From Candidatus Saccharimonadota bacterium (GTDB lineage: Bacteria > Patescibacteriota > Saccharimonadia > Saccharimonadales > CAIOMD01), in assembly GCA_031973215.1 (NCBI GenBank), contig DALYDK010000004.1, forward strand, positions 12,019 to 76,018: a stretch of DNA of 64,000 nt. The letters run 5' to 3'. The notes beneath the pieces were generated by a model. That model was not told the origin of the DNA. It searched no databases and worked only from the letters and a program-made list of their open reading frames with translations. Positions 57,524 to 64,000 of this stretch are shown here, in pieces (within the stretch, counting starts at the first letter, position 1; each line of letters opens with the position of its first letter). Both the position numbers and the translations under genes were made by a program.

Positions 57524-57775
57524 CTAAGAAATACCAAGTACAAGATCTACTTTTTTTCTATCAAAACCTAGTATCTTTTCTTCAGAACCATCTTCTGTTT
57601 CGATAATTGTAAAAGGAACGCCCAGCTGACCACTTTTTTCAAAAAGTTCTTGAGCTACCGATTGATCTATATCTGCATGTTTCTCTTCGTACGCAATATC
57701 TTTGCTTTGTAGATAACTCTTAAGCATTTTGCAGTATGCGCACGTCGCTGTGCTGTAAATTGTAATCTTTGACAT
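57524..57775 (-). CDS. NrdH/glutaredoxin-like small redoxin
   Basis: ITIYSTATCAYCKMLK CxxC motif and GVPFT. Confidence 0.8.
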   Translation of the reverse strand: MSKITIYSTATCAYCKMLKSYLQSKDIAYEEKHADIDQSVAQELFEKSGQLGVPFTIIETEDGSEEKILGFDRKKVDLVLGIS

Positions 57776-57777
57776 AA

Positions 57778-58284
57778 CTACTCCTTATTATTAGGTTCCA
57801 AATAACTACTAAACGACCGTATATAATGACATGTATAACCTCCCGGGTTTTCTTGCAAGTAATCTTGGTGGTAGGGTTCTGCTGGCCAGAATTTTGTAAA
57901 TGGCTCAAGAGTTGTAACAACCGGATTAGCCCAATTCCCCGAATCATTCACTAGCTTAATCATTGCTTCCGCATCTTTGCGCTCTGATTCGTCCTGGTAG
58001 AATATGGCTGATCGATATGCAGAACCCACATCGTTACCCTGCCTATCGAGCGTAGTTGGGTCATGGACTCGAAAAAAATAATCTAGTAATTTCTTGTACG
58101 ATGTTTTTGTGTCGTCGTATGTAATCTCAAGTCCTTCAGCGTGACCTGGATGATTACGATAATCAGGATTATCGTTAGAGCCACCCGTGTAGCCTACCTC
58201 AGTATCAATTACGCCCATTTGTTCTCGAACAAGGTCTTCGAGACCCCAAAAGCAACCACCAGCAAAATATGCTTTTTTAATCAT
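57778..58284 (-). CDS. msrA: peptide-methionine (S)-S-oxide reductase MsrA
   Basis: [10 protein letters not shown] active site. Start taken at ATG 58284 (8-nt overlap with msrB); the track's 5' extension is unlikely. Confidence 0.9.
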   Translation of the reverse strand: MIKKAYFAGGCFWGLEDLVREQMGVIDTEVGYTGGSNDNPDYRNHPGHAEGLEITYDDTKTSYKKLLDYFFRVHDPTTLDRQGNDVGSAYRSAIFYQDESERKDAEAMIKLVNDSGNWANPVVTTLEPFTKFWPAEPYHQDYLQENPGGYTCHYIRSFSSYLEPNNKE

Positions 58285-58660
58285 TATTGCCAACTTTCTT
58301 TGTATCAAAATCAAGAGATAGCGAGTTAATACAGTAGCGCATACCTGTCGTATCAGTAGGACCGTCATTGAATATGTGGCCTAAGTGACCACCGCAAGCA
58401 GCACATACCGCTTCTACCCGTACCATCCCGTGTGAGCTATCGGTAACTTCTTTAACGGCACCAGGTAACGCATCGTCAAAACTAGGCCAACCCGAACCTG
58501 AATCAAACTTTGTATCAGACGAAAAGAGTTGTGCATGACAGTTTGCGCAATTGTACATACCCGACTCTTTGTTATTTAGATACTTACCTGTAAATGGTGC
58601 CTCAGTAGCTTTATTGTGAAGTACGGCTTTTTGTTCATTTGTTAAATGGTCATTTTCCAT
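58277..58660 (-). CDS. msrB: peptide-methionine (R)-S-oxide reductase MsrB
   Basis: Two CxxC zinc motifs and RYCINS catalytic motif. Confidence 0.9.
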   Translation of the reverse strand: MENDHLTNEQKAVLHNKATEAPFTGKYLNNKESGMYNCANCHAQLFSSDTKFDSGSGWPSFDDALPGAVKEVTDSSHGMVRVEAVCAACGGHLGHIFNDGPTDTTGMRYCINSLSLDFDTKKVGNND

Positions 58661-58683
58661 GCTGCTTTGCTCCTTCTTTAAGT

Positions 58684-60402
58684 TTAACTACCAAATGTAA
58701 ATGCGTTAACCGTAACGCCTGTCGGGAATGTTAAAGTTAACTTTTTACCAGTCATGTACTTATCTAAATTCACAATTTTATATAAACGAGCGCCATTAAT
58801 GCTAACTTGATTTTTCGAATTAACATCAGCCCCACCAGGAGAGCTTTGACCGTCAACTGACACTCCAACTAGCGCTCCTGGAGGCCCACTCATTACAAGA
58901 TAAACTTCTTTTCCTGAAAAGTTAAAACTAAGTTTTGATTCGTTAGAAAGACTTTGGCTAGACTCATCATTAATTTGCCATTGCCCACCTAGTGACCACT
59001 CATTCGCCTTTAATGTATTGGCTAATGTGTAACTGGCGGGTTGATTGGCTACGAATTGGTCTGTGTTGGCAAAGCGTTCGGCGCGTTCGTAGCCTAAATA
59101 TGTTTCCGGGGTTTGTCCGCGAGCGCTTGAGTTTATGCTACGGTCAACTTCAATCTTATTCGTTACTGTCTGTCCAGATTCTTTAAGTAATGCCTGAATG
59201 GTTTCTTCAGTTTCTGTATAATCACCCTCGCCAAAATGCGTGTACCTAACCTGACCATCTTTATCTATCAAATACTTTGCTGGCCAGAATCGATTTTCAT
59301 AGGCTTGCCATGTAGCGAAATCGTTGTCTAGGGCTACAGGATACTTAATATTTGCGTCTTTAACTGCATCTTGTACATTCTTTGTAACTTTTTCAAATCC
59401 AAATTCTGGGGCATGAACACCAATTATTACTAGCCCGTCATTATTGTATTTATCGTACCAAGCATTTAAATATGGTTGCGTACGCTGGCAGTTAATACAA
59501 GAATATGTCCAAAAATCTACTAAGACGACTTTCCCTTTCAGACTTTCAATTGTTTGTGGGTCGCTGTTAATCCAAGCGGCAATGTTCTTAAGCTCAGGTG
59601 CATCATATGCTGTGACATTAAACTTTTGCTTGTTGACTGAACTATTGCTATTAGATTTGGGAGAGTTATTGTTTTCTGGAACCAGCTTTTCTTCCAGTAG
59701 CTTTATACTCAAAAAGTCTTTTTCAACCAGGTATGTTTGCACTTTTTTGTCCAAACCAGTTGCGACAAAAATACCAACAATGATGAATAGAATAGCTATA
59801 ATTCTTTGAAACCATCCTTTTGGATCGCTGGCCCATTTTATTCGTGCGAGTAGTCTACGACCAAGTAAAGCAATAGCTAATAATGCAGTGGCAACACCGA
59901 GTACGTAGAAAGTTAGATAAAACATTCCCAGTAATGCGCTTGAGGGCAGTACTGTAGCTATAACCCAAGCATAGGTTGGACTACAGCTACTAAAAATTGG
60001 CCCAAGTGCGGCACCAATTAGAATTGCCGATATCACGCCATTCTCTTGCTTGTAGGCTTTGCCGAGTAGGCCTTGCGATCTATGCTCGATACCGAGCTTA
60101 CCAATTACTTGCGCCCATAGGTCCGGGAACAACATAAAGAATCCAAGAATTATTACTAGAACGCCCGAGCCAATAGCCCAAACTCTTGGATCAATTCCAA
60201 TGAGTGCCGTCGAGGCTTTCAGCAGGATTGTAAAGAGTATTAAGGAGATGACCAAGCTAGCAGTAATTATGTAGGGCCGCCATTTATCCTTTTTATCTCC
60301 AGCCAAACTACCACCAAGGATAATTGGCAGTAGCGGAAGTACGCACGGGGCTAGTGCAGTTAGTAGCCCCGCGACGTATGATAGGAATGCTGTAAGCAGC
60401 AT
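58684..60402 (-). CDS. DipZ-like fusion: CcdA/DsbD transmembrane electron-transfer domain plus thioredoxin-like (TlpA/ResA-type) domain plus C-terminal beta-sandwich
   Basis: [10 protein letters not shown] CcdA motif, 6-8 TM helices, then [16 protein letters not shown] redoxin motif. Confidence 0.85.
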   Translation of the reverse strand: MLLTAFLSYVAGLLTALAPCVLPLLPIILGGSLAGDKKDKWRPYIITASLVISLILFTILLKASTALIGIDPRVWAIGSGVLVIILGFFMLFPDLWAQVIGKLGIEHRSQGLLGKAYKQENGVISAILIGAALGPIFSSCSPTYAWVIATVLPSSALLGMFYLTFYVLGVATALLAIALLGRRLLARIKWASDPKGWFQRIIAILFIIVGIFVATGLDKKVQTYLVEKDFLSIKLLEEKLVPENNNSPKSNSNSSVNKQKFNVTAYDAPELKNIAAWINSDPQTIESLKGKVVLVDFWTYSCINCQRTQPYLNAWYDKYNNDGLVIIGVHAPEFGFEKVTKNVQDAVKDANIKYPVALDNDFATWQAYENRFWPAKYLIDKDGQVRYTHFGEGDYTETEETIQALLKESGQTVTNKIEVDRSINSSARGQTPETYLGYERAERFANTDQFVANQPASYTLANTLKANEWSLGGQWQINDESSQSLSNESKLSFNFSGKEVYLVMSGPPGALVGVSVDGQSSPGGADVNSKNQVSINGARLYKIVNLDKYMTGKKLTLTFPTGVTVNAFTFGS

Positions 60403-60409
60403 ATGGCTA

Positions 60410-60958
60410 CTATGACTTTATGCCAGCAACGGCTTTATCTAATGATGTTGCAGACCATTGTGCTGTTTCGTTGCCACTATTATCTACTTGAACAAATGTG
60501 TACTGAGTTGTGACACCGTATTTTTGGCGTAAGTCAGTTGAGCTATCAAAATCTGTTTTAATAAGCGTTACGCCTGCTGGAATTTTAGACATATCGGCAT
60601 TTATTTCTTTATCGATACCTTGGCATATTGGGCACCAGCTTGCATGGAAGAAGTATACCTTCTTTGAATCAGCATATTTGCTCGGGTCTTTATTATAGTC
60701 AGCAAGTGTTACGTATGAACCTTGCTTGGCCATAGCGTCTTCTTTCGTCATGGCGTCACCTTCTTTTGCCATCTTGTCCTTTTCCATGGCTGCTGCTTCG
60801 TCTTTTTTCATCATAGCTTCGTCGGTAGCCTTTTTCTCCATGGCCATCTTTTCTTGCTCTTTTTTATCGTTCTGATTATTGCTGTAGGCCAATGCACCAC
60901 CACCGACTAAAAATAGTCCGACGACTATGCTTACGATTACTAATGCTTTTTTGTTCAT
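60410..60958 (-). CDS. signal-anchored thioredoxin-like protein with Met/Lys/Glu/Ala-rich linker
   Basis: FFHASWCPICQ CxxC motif. ATG 60958 is preceded by GAGGG; the track begins at GTG 60970. Confidence 0.75.
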   Translation of the reverse strand: MNKKALVIVSIVVGLFLVGGGALAYSNNQNDKKEQEKMAMEKKATDEAMMKKDEAAAMEKDKMAKEGDAMTKEDAMAKQGSYVTLADYNKDPSKYADSKKVYFFHASWCPICQGIDKEINADMSKIPAGVTLIKTDFDSSTDLRQKYGVTTQYTFVQVDNSGNETAQWSATSLDKAVAGIKS

Positions 60959-61037
60959 GATTACCCTCACTTACGTTTTATTGTTGATCTAAGTATAATT
61001 AAGCGATACACACAATGTCAAGTTGACTTAACAATTA

Positions 61038-61403
61038 CTATTTACCATCTTTGGTTCGCTGGACGTTAATTTTTGTAGCTATCATTGCCAGAAGTGCTAT
61101 GGGAATTGCAGGATCTAGATTGTGATGAAGGCTTTGAACTATAAGTGCGGTAATAAGTACAAGCGAGCCAACAGTATATGCGGAACGACTTGCTAAAGCT
61201 TGGTTCTGCATTTCTCGTTCATCGTCGGGTTGTTCACGCCAAAACAGAACTAAGAATGTCGCAATAAGACCGAGTACAGCTGCGAGGATTAACATCTGCA
61301 CGCTAGTGGGCATAACGAAGGTTTTTGGGGCAACAGCCAACAATGCAATGATAGCTAAGCCAAGAAGCAGGATGACATCAAGTAATTGTTTATATTTTTT
61401 CAT
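61038..61403 (-). CDS. hypothetical 4-TM membrane protein
   Basis: 14-nt overlap with the upstream HTH gene. Confidence 0.5.
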   Translation of the reverse strand: MKKYKQLLDVILLLGLAIIALLAVAPKTFVMPTSVQMLILAAVLGLIATFLVLFWREQPDDEREMQNQALASRSAYTVGSLVLITALIVQSLHHNLDPAIPIALLAMIATKINVQRTKDGK

Positions 61404-61614
61404 ATTGAAAGATCTCCTCCACCTTCTTGTCTAGTATAGCGGCAATCCTTAGCGCAAGCAGTACACTCGGTACATAGTTACCTTTTTCTATAGCGATTAT
61501 TGTTTGACGTGTGGCTTGTACTTTGTCGGCGAGATCATCTTGGGTCATCTTTAAAGAAGTACGTGCCTCGCGTACAGTATTCACCACCGTGTGTTCTTTA
61601 TCTCGTATAAACAA
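61390..61614 (-). CDS. XRE family helix-turn-helix transcriptional regulator
   Basis: LKMTQDDLADKVQATRQTIIAIEKGNYVPS HTH_3 pattern. The exact start is uncertain (TTG 61614 or GTG downstream). Confidence 0.8.
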   Translation of the reverse strand: MFIRDKEHTVVNTVREARTSLKMTQDDLADKVQATRQTIIAIEKGNYVPSVLLALRIAAILDKKVEEIFQYEKI

Positions 61615-61723
61615 CTATTCTCTCCTAGATGTATAGTTAACCATACATATAGTAACACGCCATCAGGGAAAGCAGCATAAATAGCCACCAAATGGTGGCT
61701 ATTTATGCGGGTTCGATCAATTA

Positions 61724-62014
61724 CTACATCTTAGCTAGTTCGTAAACGACGACGCTGGTAATCATAGGGTTGGTCTTAGCTAGTGCAATCGCTTCTTCTT
61801 TGCTCTCAGCACTAATGATGGAATAGCCAGTTAAGGCGTCCATTCCCATTTCAAGTGCCGTAACATCAGTCTTTGAGACTTCGCTACCATCACTGAATGG
61901 ATTGCCTCCGTCGATCATTTTGTCACCGACTTCTTCGAACCATTTCATCCAAGCCTGACCAATTTCTGGCGTTGGTTGCATAAAACCTTTGTATAAAAAT
62001 ATGAACTTCTTCAT
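61724..62014 (-). CDS. YCII/DGPF-like small protein
   Basis: 96-aa alpha+beta protein (FIFLY...GY.II.A.S.EEA..LAK..P); weak family call. Confidence 0.5.
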   Translation of the reverse strand: MKKFIFLYKGFMQPTPEIGQAWMKWFEEVGDKMIDGGNPFSDGSEVSKTDVTALEMGMDALTGYSIISAESKEEAIALAKTNPMITSVVVYELAKM

Positions 62015-62382
62015 TTCTTCGATCCCTTCTTTAGTTTATTCTCGCCCTTCTGAATACTGGCGACGTAGTTCTCCAGTTTTTCTTGATTGTTCCCCCAATA
62101 AGCATGATATTGAGTTATCCAATTTTGCATCAACAATAGTGCTGTTCTGTCTAGTGCTAGGAAGTTGGTTTTGCCAACTTTCTTGCGCAGGACTAAACTT
62201 GCTTGCTCGAGCACTCTGATGTGCCTATGTATAGCTGGCAAAGACAACTTTTGTTGATCTGCTAACTGAGCAATAGATGCTGGGTGTAAGCCAAGTGTAT
62301 ACATAATTTCTCGCCTGTGTTTGTTGGCGAGGGCGGTAAACACTTGGTCTAGTGACTCGGTATCATTAATCTTAGTTAACAT
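62011..62382 (-). CDS. ArsR family transcriptional regulator
   Basis: ALANKHRREIMYTL...SIAQLA....SLPAIHRHIRVLE winged-helix pattern. Confidence 0.8.
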   Translation of the reverse strand: MLTKINDTESLDQVFTALANKHRREIMYTLGLHPASIAQLADQQKLSLPAIHRHIRVLEQASLVLRKKVGKTNFLALDRTALLLMQNWITQYHAYWGNNQEKLENYVASIQKGENKLKKGSKK

Positions 62383-62427
62383 TAATGTTAAGTGTACTCT
62401 ATTTATAGTGAACTGTATAATCTAAAT

Positions 62428-62724
62428 ATGGAGATCAATTTCAAGAGCAAACTATGGGAATGGTCGGGCAAAGGTGCGTGGTGTTTCGTTTCCTTACCGA
62501 AAGAATACTATGACGAAATCAAGGTAATAAGTAGCTCGCCAAAGAGGGGTTTTGGATCTGTAAAAATTGAAGCGAGTGTTGGAAAAACAGTATGGAAAAC
62601 ATCGATATTTCCAGACACAAAATCAGGTACTTACTTGCTCCCAGTTAAGAAAGAGATTAGAAAAGCTGAAAATCTTAGTATTGGGAGTGTCATAGATATG
62701 AAAGTAAGATTGATCGATTATTAA
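62428..62724 (+). CDS. DUF1905 domain protein
   Basis: W.F..LPKE......GFGSVKI.A.VG...W.TS.FP pattern. ATG 62428 lies 6 nt after TATAAT (62416-62421), suggesting a leaderless mRNA; the track starts at GTG 62392. Confidence 0.7.
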   Translation: MEINFKSKLWEWSGKGAWCFVSLPKEYYDEIKVISSSPKRGFGSVKIEASVGKTVWKTSIFPDTKSGTYLLPVKKEIRKAENLSIGSVIDMKVRLIDY

Positions 62725-62731
62725 TAGCGAC

Positions 62732-62750
62732 AGGTCTAGGGAACAGGTCT
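62732..62750. repeat. AGGTCT-N7-AGGTCT site, copy 1
   Basis: AGGTCTAGGGAACAGGTCT; its partner lies 174 bp away. Confidence 0.6.
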
Positions 62751-62796
62751 GATTTTGGAGTGCTTGCTCCTTCAGGACGGGAGGGGCTGGGTTAGA

Positions 62797-62875
62797 ACTA
62801 ATTTACAGGGGTAAAATGAAAGAACCGCCATTTCTGACGGTTCCAACATTTGTAACTTACGAACTGTAAATTAGT
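62797..62875. other. 12-bp inverted repeat enclosing a hairpin
   Basis: ACTAATTTACAG (62797-62808) and CTGTAAATTAGT (62864-62875) enclose GAACCG/CGGTTC (62822-62843). On the minus strand the inner hairpin plus GGCGGTTCTTTCATTT resembles the terminator of copy B. Confidence 0.55.
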
Positions 62876-62905
62876 ATTTCTCTGACCAAAGAGAGAAGTT
62901 ATTGT

Positions 62906-62924
62906 AGGTCTAGGAACTAGGTCT
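62906..62924. repeat. AGGTCT-N7-AGGTCT site, copy 2
   Basis: AGGTCTAGGAACTAGGTCT, 20 nt from the tRNA-Asn 3' end. Confidence 0.6.
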
Positions 62925-62944
62925 ACGTTTTTCTCTGCTTGGTC

Positions 62945-63019
62945 TGGCTCGGGAGACTGGATTCGAACCAGCGACCTAGTGGTTAACAGCCACCCGCTCT
63001 ACCGCTGAGCTACTCCCGA
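62945..63019 (-). tRNA. tRNA-Asn (anticodon GTT), CCA encoded
   Basis: Hand-folded, 75 nt: TCGGGAG/CTCCCGA acceptor, GGTGG-CTGTTAA-CCACT anticodon arm, GCTGG-TTCGAAT-CCAGT T arm, discriminator G. Confidence 0.9.
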
Positions 63020-63187
63020 TTAATCCAAGCATAAAACTTGGAAAATAAATTATAAGGTGCGTCAGGTGAGACCTGAATTACAGGTGATAATTATAAATAC
63101 AAATATATATGTCGTCAATTATTTGTTATATGTCAATCTAGTATTAGTAGCCAAAACTATATACCATATCTAAAAAGGAGGTTTTAA

Positions 63188-63847
63188 ATGAAAGATTTAT
63201 TAATTGGCATTGCTGCCATGGGCATAGGTACGCTACTGTGCTTTGCTGGCTATAAAGTAGCCAGAATATTAATTCCTATATGGGGATTTTTTGCAGGCTT
63301 TTTTATGGGCGCAGCAGGTGTATCCGATGCTTTAAATAATCAATTCTTAGGTACAACGCTTGGAATTGTAGTTGGGTTAATTCTAGGTTTAGTTTTTGGT
63401 TTGTTTGCATACTTCTTCTTCAGCCTAGCAATTGTTCTAATGGGCGCATCTTTTGGATACTGGCTAGGCACCGGCTTAGTAACAATGCTAGGTTTTGACA
63501 AAGGTTTTCTATCAGCCACGGTTGGAATTTCTATAGGCGTTGTTTTTGCAATATTGGCAATTATTATTAACGCACCAAAGTACTATTTAATTGTTACAAC
63601 CGCTTTTGCGGGCGCTGTATCTGTATTTGTTGGATTCTTAATACTTATAAACAAAATTAATCTAGACAGCCTTAGCTATATTGACGGCAACGACATAAAG
63701 GTGTCTGTTCTATGGAGCATTTTGGCTGCTCTACTAGGTATTTTTGGATTAATCTTCCAGGTACTAAATACCAGAAATCAAGAAATAGAAAAATGGGGAA
63801 CGCCTTTCGAAAAACCAGTAAACACCACCCCCTCAACCCCAGCCTAG
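63188..63847 (+). CDS. polytopic membrane protein (DUF4203-like)
   Basis: AAAGGAGG RBS; six or seven Gly/Phe-rich TM helices. Confidence 0.6.
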   Translation: MKDLLIGIAAMGIGTLLCFAGYKVARILIPIWGFFAGFFMGAAGVSDALNNQFLGTTLGIVVGLILGLVFGLFAYFFFSLAIVLMGASFGYWLGTGLVTMLGFDKGFLSATVGISIGVVFAILAIIINAPKYYLIVTTAFAGAVSVFVGFLILINKINLDSLSYIDGNDIKVSVLWSILAALLGIFGLIFQVLNTRNQEIEKWGTPFEKPVNTTPSTPA

Positions 63848-63870
63848 TAATATTTAGGCAAAATAAAAAA

Positions 63871-63899
63871 CGACTCCCGCTTTCTGGGAGCCGTTTTTT
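63871..63899 (+). terminator. rho-independent terminator
   Basis: CGACTCCC-GCTTTCT-GGGAGCCG followed by TTTTTT. Confidence 0.75.
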
Positions 63900-63911
63900 A
63901 TTAGAACCAAA

Positions 63912-64000
63912 CTAAGCCTGAGGAGCTGGTGCCTCTGGTGTTTTAGCCACTAATGGACCTTGGTATTTGTCTGAGCCAAAGCCTAGAATTAATAAACCAA
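63912..64000 (-). CDS. 3' end of an unknown CDS continuing beyond the window (...GLLILGFGSDKYQGPLVAKTPEAPAPQA*)
   Basis: Minus-strand frame is open to the window edge and ends at TAG 63914-63912. Confidence 0.3.
   Translation of the reverse strand, partial: GLLILGFGSDKYQGPLVAKTPEAPAPQA

Noticed and set aside
57210-57947. Track ORFs 57210-57401 (-), 57238-57606 (+) and 57720-57947 (-).
   Set aside because: They overlap unit B, the tRNA fragment, a terminator, or the well-supported nrdH-like and msrA genes in other frames.
58285-58368. 28-codon 5' extension of msrA in the track.
   Set aside because: It overlaps msrB in another frame. The conserved MsrA N-terminus starts at ATG 58284, with an ATGA-type overlap typical of translational coupling.
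1-64000. Search by eye for CRISPR arrays, rRNA genes, IS elements, integrases, reverse transcriptases, and toxin-antitoxin or defence-system genes.
   Set aside because: No regularly spaced repeat array, no rRNA-like sequence, and no ORF with recombinase, RT or nuclease defence-system motifs was seen. The XRE/membrane-protein pair (61038-61614) lacks a recognisable toxin.

Overview
A 64-kb, gene-dense, low-G+C chromosomal window (mid-30s % by eye, not computed). Gene content suggests a small-genome CPR/Patescibacteria, Saccharibacteria-like bacterium; this is an inference. In order: a secretin-less type IV pilus operon (pilC', pilin, three pilin-like proteins, pilMNO); ruvCAB with a yebC-family gene; comEC; tRNA-Lys; a RimK module; a CIRCE-controlled hrcA-grpE-dnaK-(GNAT)-dnaJ operon; a gmk-like gene; bcp; lepA; murJ; ftsH; tilS; three CAU-anticodon tRNAs; a divergent pair of catalytically degenerate enzyme homologues; transporters; a murC-like ligase; aspS; a DsbA-like protein; a Kef-type antiporter; an OmpR/HK two-component system; and a higher-G+C ~5.7 kb thiol / methionine-sulfoxide repair block next to tRNA-Asn. 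I saw no rRNA, CRISPR array, transposase, integrase or reverse-transcriptase ORF. The most interesting signal is non-coding. It is a family of G+C-rich, hairpin-rich intergenic units of about 155 bp. Copies A, B and C sit behind a tRNA gene or tRNA 3' fragment plus its terminator, and each ends in an 18-nt copy of tRNA positions 59-76 including CCA. A and C share a 173-bp period. Copy E is a relative with no adjacent tRNA, and region D beside tRNA-Asn shares only partial sequence blocks. All protein family calls come from reading motifs in the supplied translations; no database search was run.
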